Source: Gemmatimonadota bacterium
GTDB lineage: Bacteria; Gemmatimonadota; Gemmatimonadetes; Palauibacterales; Palauibacteraceae
Assembly: GCA_046758745.1 (NCBI GenBank)
Contig: JBHIAV010000053.1
Location: 1 to 17,591 of the forward strand
Length of the DNA: 17,591 nucleotides
Reading direction: 5' to 3'
Positions 1 through 9,000 of the stretch are shown in pieces; the stretch's first letter is position 1; each line of letters begins with the position of its first letter. A program made the position numbers and the translations under genes. The notes beneath the pieces were generated by a model, which made no database searches, was not told the DNA's origin, and saw only the letters and a list, made by a program, of their open reading frames with translations.

Positions 1-84
1 CGCGCAGAGGAAGAAAGAGGGTTATTTGGTTGCGCTCTCTGGATGTTCGTCGAAACATCCGCCGGAATTATTATTAAAGGGAAC

Positions 85-678
85 ATGACAGTTATCATTA
101 TGCAACACAAAAACATTATCCGCATTGCGCTTGCCACAGCGTTCATATTGCTGCTGCCCTTGTTGACGATGCAGATCACTGATGAAGTGGTCTGGGACCT
201 GGCCGATTTCGCTGTCGCCGGCGCCCTTCTGTTCGGCACTGGTCTCACGTATGAGCTGGTAGCGAGAAAGATGGGCAGTATCGCGTACCGAGTTGCCGTC
301 GGCATTGCGCTTGCGGCAGCGTTCCTCCTCGTCTGGGTGAACCTTGCCGTGGGGCTCATCGGGAGTGAGGACGAACTCGCCAACTTGATGTATATCGGGG
401 TGCTCGCCGTCGGAATCATCGGTGCCATCATCGCGCGCTTCCAGCCACATGGAATGGCACGCGCGTTGTTCGCGACGGCGCTCGCTCAGACGTTGGTCGC
501 CGTGATCGCGCTGATCGCCGGGATGTACCAGTATCCTGGTAGCTCCGTGTCCGAGATCGTGAACGTGAACGGGTTCTTCGTCGCGCTGTTTCTCGGATCG
601 GCCTGGCTGTTTCGGACTGCTGCGCGGGAGCAAACTCCCGCGGGCGCGGGGCCGGAGGATCGGAAGGTCGCCGCCTGA
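85..678 (+). CDS. Hypothetical multi-pass membrane protein (about 6 hydrophobic helices)
   Basis: ORF 43..678 is strongly hydrophobic (IALATAFILLLPLLTMQ, AVAGALLFGTGL, AAAFLLVWVNLAVGLIG, LMYIGVLAVGIIGAII, ...). AAAGGGA precedes the ATG at 85, and the ATG at 100 is an alternative start. Confidence 0.8.
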   Translation: MTVIIMQHKNIIRIALATAFILLLPLLTMQITDEVVWDLADFAVAGALLFGTGLTYELVARKMGSIAYRVAVGIALAAAFLLVWVNLAVGLIGSEDELANLMYIGVLAVGIIGAIIARFQPHGMARALFATALAQTLVAVIALIAGMYQYPGSSVSEIVNVNGFFVALFLGSAWLFRTAAREQTPAGAGPEDRKVAA

Positions 679-829
679 TCATGCGCGACACCGGACACAA
701 CTTTTGACAATAGCTCCGAGTCAGGAGAGATCAGGATCAGGCTCTTGAGCTCCAAGCCTTCCTGAGCGGCTCGCCCAACTTCGGGTCCGCGCAGAGGGGG
801 AGCGCATTCCTCATCGCCTCCTTGCGGGA

Positions 830-1444
830 TCAGCCCGCGGGCCGAACGTCGATGTGGCCTTCGGTTACCCGAAGCTCCATCGGCCTGATGCCCTTGGCTC
901 CCATGATCGGACCGTTGCACTCGACCATCAGCTCGCCGAGGTCTTCCGGGCCCTCATGAGCCCCTTCCGTCTTCTTCCCGAAGATCATGATCATGTTGAG
1001 ACCGCCGGCGTACAGGTCGTCACCTTCATCGTAAACGAGCGTGCCGTGGCCGCTCTCGTCCACGTGAAAGGTCCCGAGGCTGTGCCAACTTTTGATGAGG
1101 GGCGCGATCTGATCGAAGGGCGGGGCGGGCTCGTTCAAACCCTTGTTGGGATTGCCCTCCTTGAAGAGCAGCTTCACGTACGCGGGCACCTCGATCTCGA
1201 AGAGGAAAACTTCATAGCCCAGGTCTCGCTGAGGAAAGCCCCACACCTCGGCACGCGCCACGCCCCTGCTCAGGTCGGACACGAAGTATCCCTTCGCACC
1301 GACCAGCGGCTTGTCGATGTAGATCTGCCGCACGGTTCCCTCCCAAAGCTCCACCGTCCCCTTGGTGTGCTGGGCCCGGAGGGTAGAGGGAAGGCCGACC
1401 AGCAGGAGCGACAGGGCCGCGGCGAAGGTGAGCTTGGCTCTCAT
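830..1444 (-). CDS. Secreted/periplasmic protein of unknown function (204 aa, Sec signal peptide)
   Basis: 3' part of ORF 830..1897. The ATG at 1444 follows AAAGGAGG and overlaps the MOSC stop (ATGA). The N-terminus MRAKLTFAAALSLLLVGLPSTLRA|QH is a typical signal peptide. Confidence 0.8.
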   Translation of the reverse strand: MRAKLTFAAALSLLLVGLPSTLRAQHTKGTVELWEGTVRQIYIDKPLVGAKGYFVSDLSRGVARAEVWGFPQRDLGYEVFLFEIEVPAYVKLLFKEGNPNKGLNEPAPPFDQIAPLIKSWHSLGTFHVDESGHGTLVYDEGDDLYAGGLNMIMIFGKKTEGAHEGPEDLGELMVECNGPIMGAKGIRPMELRVTEGHIDVRPAG

Positions 1445-2124
1445 GGCTGCCTCCTTTCGACGTGAGAAGCTCGGGCAGGCGGCTGTACTGTGCGCGCGCG
1501 TTCGCGCTGCCCGGACGAAGCGCTGAACAGAATGAGTTCCGCCTGGCCCCGCGTAAGGGTCCCCGATGTCAGGATACGGGCGCGGAGCCCACCGCGACCC
1601 CTCAGGAACTCTTCGGTGCCCGGGACCAGCGCCTGGTCCATCCAGTAGCACGGGCTGCACTCCTCGCTCCCGAAGAAGCGTACCCCGCCAACAGTGAACT
1701 CCCGCCCGACCAGGGCCTGCAGGTCGACCCTCTCCACAATCACGTTGCGGCGAAACACCGAGGGAGAGAAGCTCGGGAGGCCAAAGTGCTCTCGTGCCTT
1801 CCGGACGACTTCCGCGCTGAAGAAGGTGATCTGGCCCTTGTATTGGTCCTCGAACCCGAAGTAGCGGTCTCCCACCAGGCCCTTTCCTGCCACGCATTCC
1901 ACGCGGTCGTGAGATTCGACTCCGTGGTTCTCGCGGGGGAGTCCATGGCGCCCTTTGAAGTCGTGACCGGGGGAGGTGAATATGTGTGCGATCGCGACGC
2001 CGAATCTCCGCTGATCCGGCCCATCGGCCCTGGCCTCAGCGATCCGCTCCCAGACCCGTTCGGGCTTGGGCAACCTGGCAACGAACTTTCCCAAGGTCTC
2101 CGGTGGCCTCGGTCCGCGGCCCAT
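1441..2124 (-). CDS. MOSC domain-containing protein (molybdenum cofactor sulfurase C-terminal domain, YiiM-like)
   Basis: Motifs GKGLVGDRYF, QITFFS, FRRNVIV..VDL..LVGREFTVGGVRF, ECSPCYWMD and RGRGGLRARIL.SG are MOSC signatures. GGAGG lies 6 nt before the ATG at 2124. Confidence 0.85.
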   Translation of the reverse strand: MGRGPRPPETLGKFVARLPKPERVWERIAEARADGPDQRRFGVAIAHIFTSPGHDFKGRHGLPRENHGVESHDRVECVAGKGLVGDRYFGFEDQYKGQITFFSAEVVRKAREHFGLPSFSPSVFRRNVIVERVDLQALVGREFTVGGVRFFGSEECSPCYWMDQALVPGTEEFLRGRGGLRARILTSGTLTRGQAELILFSASSGQRERARTVQPPARASHVERRQP

Positions 2125-2268
2125 GCTTGCCTCCATGGAATCGGGGATCGACAGACGACCACGAGGATCGAACGGGCCGTCGTGTCCTAGTGGCGTCGGA
2201 CAGTCCCGTCGGCCTCTGTCCTCACTCGAGTCAGCAGCCACGGCAGCCCGGGGTCCGCTCCGCGCCCG

Positions 2269-3759
2269 CTACCGTGCGATCTCCAGTTCGTACCAAGTAC
2301 TGACTGCCTTCTGTCCGTCGCGGTCCTCTCGGTCGCCGTCCCACACCGCGAAGGCGATAGGGTACACCCTGCCGGGCGAGAACGAGACGTCCCCCCGGTC
2401 GCCGCTCCGGAGAGCCCGCCGGATGAGGACCTGCCACTCGCCGGATTTCCAGATGCCCATGCCCGTCACGTTCTGCTGCGGGGCCGGCTGGAGCGTCAGG
2501 GTTCCGAACCCCTCGGCATTGAGATCCTGCACGGCGGAGGGAAGGCGCACGGACGCCGCGAGGTTTCCCGCGTCGGCGGCCGTGGTGAAGTTCAGCGCTT
2601 CGGGGTAGTTGTCCGTCACCGTCGCCGGATACACCTCGAGCAGGCTCCGCCGCTGGGCTAGATCCAGCTGACGGTCCGCCCGCCAGTGCCAAATGTTCAC
2701 AGCGGCGCCGGTCGAGCCCATGGCGAAGTGGGACGCAGCCGTGGCGAGGCTGAACTGGACGGCGGCAGCGTCGGCGAACTCTTCCCCCCGGAGGACGCTC
2801 CACGCGGGAGTCGGATCCTCCCACGTCAGGAGGATTGCCAGGGTGTCACCGTCATGAAGCGCGCGCACTCCGAGCGCCTCGATCGCCTCCTTCCGCTGCC
2901 AGAGGAGCATGAGCGGCACGCGGAAGGCGTCCACGTCGCGCCAACGCGGGTCATCGGGAGAGGCCGGCGCGGAACCGGAGGTGCGCCCCGCCACCAGGCG
3001 GCCGGTGGAGGGCTGTATGGCCACCTTCTCGCCGGCCAGCGACTTGACGTATCGAACGAGCGCCCAAATCTCCACGGGAGTGGCCGTCCCCTCGTAGCTC
3101 GGCATCGGCGTGCCGTCCATCCCGCTCGCGAAGCGGAGGTAGATGTCTTCTTCGCTCCCGCCACCTTTGTAGATCCCCCGGGTGAAGTCGTTGGCTCGTA
3201 TCGGTCGCTTCCAGTTGTCGAAGAGCCCCTCCGACGATGGCCCGTCGCCGCGGCCCTTCTCGCCGTGGCACTTCCAGCAGCCGAGCTCACGATACTTCTG
3301 CGCGCCGAGCGCGAGCTCCGTCGCGTCGGCCGGAGGCCGGGCCGGGGGCGCGGGAAGGAGCTCCGGCTCGAGCTTTTCGAACGCCTCCGAGAAGCCCTTC
3401 ACGACCTGGACCAGAGCGCGCCGGTCGTCCTCGCTCAACCAGTCGAAGCTCGGCATGGCCGAGCCTGGCATGCCGTTCGTGATGGTGCGGAAGAGATCCT
3501 CGTCTGTGGGCAACGACCCCGACGTGGTCGATCGGATCTTGAAATAGGCCCGCGTGAAGTCACGCGGCTTCGGAAAGAGCAGGTACGCGGCCGGCCCGTC
3601 GCCCTTCCCTCCCTGGCCGTGGCACACGGCACATTCTCGCTCATACAGCGCCCGGCCACCCCGCGCTTCGGACGCAAAGTCCTGCGAGCGACCGCATCCT
3701 TGGGCGAGGATGGCGAGCCCCACCCCCAACCCGGCGCCAACCACTGACGGGCGCCTCAT
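2269..3759 (-). CDS. NXR/NAR gamma-subunit candidate: diheme cytochrome c fused to an ethylbenzene-dehydrogenase-gamma-like (EB_dh/DOMON) heme-b domain; probable lipoprotein
   Basis: Two CxxCH motifs (CAVCH, CWKCH), each followed by GDGP..DFT..GM.G..MPS (distal Met). The C-terminal domain has VRALHDG..LAILLTWED, FADAAAVQF, FAMG, VNIWHWRA and IAFAVWDG...RDGQKAVS. The signal peptide ends LAQGC. The ATG at 3759 follows GGAGG and overlaps the chaperone stop (ATGA). Confidence 0.85.
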   Translation of the reverse strand: MRRPSVVGAGLGVGLAILAQGCGRSQDFASEARGGRALYERECAVCHGQGGKGDGPAAYLLFPKPRDFTRAYFKIRSTTSGSLPTDEDLFRTITNGMPGSAMPSFDWLSEDDRRALVQVVKGFSEAFEKLEPELLPAPPARPPADATELALGAQKYRELGCWKCHGEKGRGDGPSSEGLFDNWKRPIRANDFTRGIYKGGGSEEDIYLRFASGMDGTPMPSYEGTATPVEIWALVRYVKSLAGEKVAIQPSTGRLVAGRTSGSAPASPDDPRWRDVDAFRVPLMLLWQRKEAIEALGVRALHDGDTLAILLTWEDPTPAWSVLRGEEFADAAAVQFSLATAASHFAMGSTGAAVNIWHWRADRQLDLAQRRSLLEVYPATVTDNYPEALNFTTAADAGNLAASVRLPSAVQDLNAEGFGTLTLQPAPQQNVTGMGIWKSGEWQVLIRRALRSGDRGDVSFSPGRVYPIAFAVWDGDREDRDGQKAVSTWYELEIAR

Positions 3760-4550
3760 GAAGCCTCCCTCCCTCCCAGGGCACGAGGGATCGGCGCGCA
3801 CGATGCGCCGCACGGAAGGGATCCGGTGAACGCGGGAGGCGGCTCCAGTGTCTTCCTCCGCGTGGGCGTAACCGCCAGATAGACGAGCTCGGCCGCGGCG
3901 AAAGCGCGCAACACTTCACCATACAGCCGGAGAGGACCGCTCCCCGCCTGGCGCACGAGTCGTACCGCGAAGTCGTCGAGCCACGTGCCCAGGTGATCCC
4001 GCACGAACTTCTGCTGCGCCTCCCGGCAAGAGGCCGCGCGATCCGGGCCGTGGCACTCGAGGGCGTACGCCTCCTTGAAGGCGAGGAAGTGCATGAACTC
4101 GAGCTCGATGCCCACGTGGTCCAGCCGCTCGCCTCCTCCCTCCCGGACCCGGAGGCCGAACGCCCGGTAAAAGCCCGCGAGGTCTGCAAGCGTATTCGTC
4201 TGCTCGAAGATGTGCGGTGATCCGTACTGTGCCTCGTACGGCGGACATACCTTCGAGACGGTGTGACCGAAGACCCGCACGTACTCCGCCCCGACCAGCT
4301 CGGACTGCGCCGCGAGGAATAAGCTGCCGAGCTCCGCCAGAGGCCCGAGCACCTCGGCGGCGTACCCGGCTTCGGAAAGGATCTGGCAGGCGGCCTCGAC
4401 CTCGGCGCGCCGATCCTCCCGCTCGGCGATCGGCCCTCCATCCCCCGCGCCGGGGTAGAGGGCGACTTCGGAGAGCAGCCGGTACACCGAGCTTCGGGCC
4501 AGCGCCTCCTCGAGACGTGCCCCGGAACCGGTCGGAGCTGTCGCGCTCAT
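3756..4550 (-). CDS. nxrD: TorD/DmsD/NarJ-family molybdoenzyme maturation chaperone (NxrD-like)
   Basis: ARSSVYRLLS, EYVRVFGH, CPPYEAQYG, LADLAGFYRAFGL, ERLDHVGIELEFMHFL and QQKFVRDHLGTW match the TorD/DmsD Y-F-G..PYE, FY..FG and E..DH..ELEF motifs. It starts 3 nt after the beta-subunit stop. Confidence 0.9.
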   Translation of the reverse strand: MSATAPTGSGARLEEALARSSVYRLLSEVALYPGAGDGGPIAEREDRRAEVEAACQILSEAGYAAEVLGPLAELGSLFLAAQSELVGAEYVRVFGHTVSKVCPPYEAQYGSPHIFEQTNTLADLAGFYRAFGLRVREGGGERLDHVGIELEFMHFLAFKEAYALECHGPDRAASCREAQQKFVRDHLGTWLDDFAVRLVRQAGSGPLRLYGEVLRAFAAAELVYLAVTPTRRKTLEPPPAFTGSLPCGASCAPIPRALGGREAS

Positions 4551-4553
4551 CGT

Positions 4554-5828
4554 CTAGATCGAGTTCGGGTGCTCGGACGGCCGTTCGTGGAACGGCTCCT
4601 CGACCGTAACGCGCACCACCTCCCTGCCCCGGCGATCGAACCCGATGACCGTGTCGTTGTACATCGCCCACGGTTTGCCGTTGATCTCGGTCTCGAAGAC
4701 CTTCGGACCTTCCTCGATCTCGTACCGGAAGATGACGTCCTGAGCCGCGCGAAAGAGCTGGAGGACCGCGAGCAGCTCGCGAGACGGTGCGACGTACCGC
4801 TCGATCGCTCGGTCGACGCCCGGGCCGAACATCTGGCGGAGGTAGCCGCGTGGCACCCAGCGCGGCGGGATGTAGTAGCCGTTCGGTTCGGTACCAAACT
4901 GGGGGTAGAGGGGCAGCGCGATCTTCTCCACCTTCACCAGGAAATACAGGGGGTTTTGCCGATCCTCCACCCATGCCCCGGTCTGCCGATCGATCCGAAC
5001 CAGACCCTGCAAACGGAGCTTGCCCACGCAGGCCGCCATACATCGGGTCTCGATCGGAACGCCGTCGGAAGAGAGCGTGCTGTCCCGCCCCTCCAGCCGG
5101 GGGTAGCAGGCTATGCATTTCTCACTGGTCTGTGTGGTGGCCCGGTACATGGCCTTCTTGTACGGGCAGCCCTCGACACACTTCCTGTAGCCACGGCAGC
5201 GCTTCTGATCGATGAGCACCACCCCGTCTTCGGGCCGCTTGTAGATCGCCTGGCGGGGGCAGGCGGCCAGGCATCCCGGGTACGTGCAGTGGTTGCAAAT
5301 ACGCTGCAGATGGAAGAACCAAGTGCTGTGCTCGGGAAGGGCCGCGGTACCGCCTTCGATCTTGCCGCCCCGCGCCGTGTCCTCGAAGATGTTCGGCGCA
5401 CGCCATTCCTTGTCCGTCGGCAGGTAGCCGAGCGCGCGAACGGGACCTGTTTCCTCGTAGCGGTTCTCCGCGGCCTCAAAGATGGTCATCCCATCGTAGG
5501 TCCCGTACGGTCGGTCGGGATCCTGCGACCGACTCCCGTCCCACGTGGCCGACCTCCCCTGCGCGCGGTGCGCCTCGTCCAGCATGCGGAGCAGCTTGAC
5601 GTCCCAGAACTGAGGGTAGCCGCCGTACGGCTTCGACTCGACGTTGTTCCACCACATGTACTCCTGCCCCTCCGAGAACGTCCACGTGGACTTGCAGGCC
5701 ATGGTGCACGTCTGACAGCCGATGCAGCGGTTGATGTTGAACACGAAGGCGAATTGCCACTCCGGATGGGCTTCCGGATACGGATAGCTCATCCGCCGAC
5801 CCAGCTGCCAGTTGTAGACGTCAGGCAT
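4554..5828 (-). CDS. nxrB: Nitrite oxidoreductase/nitrate reductase beta (Fe-S) subunit, periplasmic Nitrospira/anammox type
   Basis: The N-terminus MPDVYNWQLGRRMSYPY..HPEWQFAFVFNINRC..CQTC.MACKSTW.F..GQEYMWWNNVE.KPYGGYPQ matches the NxrB consensus as I recall it. Four Cys groups (CIGCQTCTMAC, CNHCTYPGCLAAC, CRGYRKCVEGC, CIAC..CMAAC) give 15 Cys, consistent with 3x[4Fe-4S] plus 1x[3Fe-4S]. It also has LPLYPQFGTEPNGYYIPPRW and no signal peptide. Confidence 0.93.
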   Translation of the reverse strand: MPDVYNWQLGRRMSYPYPEAHPEWQFAFVFNINRCIGCQTCTMACKSTWTFSEGQEYMWWNNVESKPYGGYPQFWDVKLLRMLDEAHRAQGRSATWDGSRSQDPDRPYGTYDGMTIFEAAENRYEETGPVRALGYLPTDKEWRAPNIFEDTARGGKIEGGTAALPEHSTWFFHLQRICNHCTYPGCLAACPRQAIYKRPEDGVVLIDQKRCRGYRKCVEGCPYKKAMYRATTQTSEKCIACYPRLEGRDSTLSSDGVPIETRCMAACVGKLRLQGLVRIDRQTGAWVEDRQNPLYFLVKVEKIALPLYPQFGTEPNGYYIPPRWVPRGYLRQMFGPGVDRAIERYVAPSRELLAVLQLFRAAQDVIFRYEIEEGPKVFETEINGKPWAMYNDTVIGFDRRGREVVRVTVEEPFHERPSEHPNSI

Positions 5829-6099
5829 CAGGCGCCCCTCGCTCGGTGAACCGGGGATGGCCCCAGCGGGCTCGGGCCCGATCGATCAGGTCCTGGACGT
5901 ATTCCTCGCCTCTGGCACTCAGGATGGCATGTGTGAGGTCGTAGATGGGTGAGCGAAAGATTCTCCAAAGCTTCGCATCGTCCACACCCAGGCGCACGAA
6001 CTCCTCGACGATGATGAATGCCATCTCGTCGAAGTCGCCTTCGGGCACGGGTGTCCCGACCAGCGCGCACGGATCTTCGGGATCGTACGGCTTGCTCAC
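5821..6099 (-). CDS. Small cytoplasmic protein of unknown function (92 aa) between the alpha and beta subunits
   Basis: The GTG start overlaps the nxrA stop (GTGA) and the stop overlaps the nxrB start by 8 nt. The sequence is protein-like (DPEDPCALVG, EMAFIIVEEFVRLG, IFRSPIY..H) and fills the gap exactly. Confidence 0.8.
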   Translation of the reverse strand: MSKPYDPEDPCALVGTPVPEGDFDEMAFIIVEEFVRLGVDDAKLWRIFRSPIYDLTHAILSARGEEYVQDLIDRARARWGHPRFTERGAPDA

Positions 6100-9000
6100 G
6101 TTACGCTACCGCGAACGCCCACGGTGTCGCCGGTCAGGTACCGTTCCATGAACTCATCCTCGGCCCCCGGGGAATACCCTGTGGTAGCCGGCTCCCAGAT
6201 ACCTCCCTCGAGGCCTCCGGGCTCCGCCCGGGTGATCCGCACCAGCGTCTCCTTCGGAACCGAGTTGATCGCGTGGTTGTCGATGTCGAATCCGAAGGTG
6301 AAGGCCATGGCTCCGGCCTTCTTGTGAAAGAGGCTGTCCGTTTGGTGCATCGGCATCATCCAGGCGCGGGTGATCGACTGGTGTGACCCGTATCGATAGC
6401 TGGCCTGGTACCCGGTCCCTTCGGCGAGAGCGCGGCCATCCTTGCGGCTCTCGTGGGCCTGGACCGACCGCTCCGTCGCCATCCAGCCCGTGTGTTTCAT
6501 GATGGTGAAGTACTTCGGCAACCCCGGGCTGAACTTGACGCGGACCATGCAACGAAAGGCCTTGTACCGGTCCCCATCCGCCGACCAACCGACGAAGGGA
6601 CGATCGGTGGGGTTCGCGTCGACGTAGACGTAATCCCCGTCGTGAAGTCCCAGCTCCTCGGCCGCCTCCGGACTCATCTGTATCTGGCGATCGCTCACGC
6701 CCGGCATTCGTTTATCCATCCGGTAGGGGTCGCCGAAGTTCGTGCTCCAGATCCAGTTCCAGTCGACGACGCTCCACGAGCTGTGCACGGAATGACGGCT
6801 CTTCGGCGTCGAGCAGAAGAAACGGAACCCCTGCTCCCAGAGAGGGTTGGTCGTCTTCTTCACGCGCCTCCACGGCATTCTGACGTTGCGCACCTGTCGG
6901 AGGTCCGCATCGACGGCCGTGAGGGAGATGCCGTAGTCCGCAGGACGGATGTACGGATTGCTCGACACGATCACGTTGGGCAGATACGGCGTCGCCTCCG
7001 GCCCCTCCCGATGGACGATGAAGTTCTCACCGTACTCGATGGCCTCGGGGATGTCGCAGTAGGCACTGAGCCGCCCGCAGTCCGTGTAGAACGGGAGCGA
7101 GTCGTGCACCTGCTCGTAGAAGGGGATCCGCGGATAAGTCCGGTACAGCATGAGAGCGACGCCGGCCTCACCGTATTTGCCGGCGAGGATGTCCCGGCAG
7201 GTGTACGCGCGACCGTCCGGCGTCCGCGTGGTCGACGAGGCCGCGAGTACCCGATCGATGTAGACGTCGGTGTCGCCGCTGAAGACGAAGTGCCAGTAAT
7301 CACGGAAGCGGCGATCGCCGGTGAGCTCGGCAAGAGCCGCCGACACGCCGGCGAAGACCATGGCATCGTCGACGGAATCGTAGAGCGGGTCGATCCCCCG
7401 GATCGCCTCTTGCTTCCGGCCGCCCCACAGCTGGAGGAAAGGGTTGGAGCACGAACTGCCGGCCTCGAGAGTCTGCGATTCGATCCAGGAGTTGACCGGC
7501 AGCACCAGGTCCGCGTACTCGGCGGAACCCGTCCACTCTATCTGCTGGTCGACGATCATGTCGACCTTGGGGTTCACGTTGGTGATCAGGTGGTACGCCC
7601 ACTTCGCCTGATTGATCAGGTTCGCGTTGTTGTACCAGATCAGTTTGGTCGGCGTAGGCATATGCGTCCTGCCCGTGAACACCTTCCGCCCCTTGGGCGT
7701 GTCCACGATCAGCGGCCGATCGCCGGCGCCCCAGTAGCCGACCTCTTCACCGTGCATCGTGTTGCGAAGGTCGGCAGCGGTGAGGCTGGCTTCCGGGTCC
7801 AGGACCGGGCGGAAGGGATCCTCCCGGACGTAGACCCCGGCGCCAGGCCCCGACCACGGCGAGGCCTGGAAGACCCCGCCCTTGTAGTTGCCGGCCCACG
7901 TGTACACGCCCGCACCGGGACGCCCGATGTTCCCGGTCAGCATCATCGGCAGGAAGACGGCGCGGTTGTGCAGCGTGGCGTGGAAGTAGTGGTTGATGCC
8001 CTCGCCGTGGTGAATGGCGGCCGGGCGGATGGTCGCCAGGTCGCGCGCCAGTCGCCGGATCAGGGCCCGGTCGGCGCCGGTGATCTCGGCGACCGTGTCG
8101 AGATCGTAGTCGCGCAGGTGGATCCGGTAGAGGGAGAAGACCGTCATCGCCTCGACAGACCGGCCGTCCACCGTACGGACGCTCCCCTGCCACTCGAGCG
8201 CCGGGTCGATCCCTGTTCGGGCCAGCCGTTCACCCACGTCGTCCCGCGTGATCGCTCTCAGAGCGCCCGAGGTCGCGTCCCACACCAGGAAGTCCCCGAT
8301 CCGACGCCGCTGCTCGTCCGTCAGGCCCTGGATCGTGTAGCTCGGGCCGTCCGAGAGATCCGACTGCCGGTATCCCGGAAACACCTCCTCCGGTCGCAGC
8401 CGCTCGAGCGTATCCGTACGCACGAGCAGCGGAAAATCCGTGAACTGCTTGACGAAATCGACGTCGTAGAGCCCTTCGTCGATGAGATAGCGGGCCACGT
8501 AGAGGAAGAGCGCCGTGTCGGAGAGGCCGGGGCGCGCCTGGATCCAGTAGTCGGATTTGGTGGCCGGCGCATTGTACTCCGGTGCTATGGTTACGATCTT
8601 TCCGCCGCGCTCCATGATCTCGCTCATCCAGTGGGATTCGGGCATCTTGTTCTCTATCAGGTTCTTTCCCACCTGGATGTGGAGCTTCGTGCTTCGCAGA
8701 TCATTGAAGTCGCAGTCCGAAGTCTGAAGCCCGGTCACGAAGGGTTGACCGGGGGCCTGATCCCCGCGCCACGTGTACTCCGTCCAATCGCGGCAGCCCT
8801 TTGCCTCCTCCGGGGAAACTCCCCGCACGTGGTGGTCGAGAAGCCCCATCAGATTCCCGAAGCGGAACAGGCCGAACTTCCCGACGATGCCGTGGAGCGG
8901 CAGGCTGGAGCCGATCTTCATCGTGCGCGTTCCGGCACCGCCCCAGTGCTCGAACATCTCTTCCAGATACCCATCCCGGAGCAGGCGCGCCCGGCCCTGC

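Noticed and set aside
1445-1897. N-terminal 151 aa of ORF 830..1897
   Set aside because: Overlaps the MOSC gene in another frame. The real start is the ATG at 1444, which has an RBS and a signal peptide.
4569-5849. 426-aa plus-strand ORF (likewise 13391..14674, 2686..3747, 854..1465, 1462..2190 and 22..633)
   Set aside because: Antisense shadows of well-supported genes on the opposite strand.
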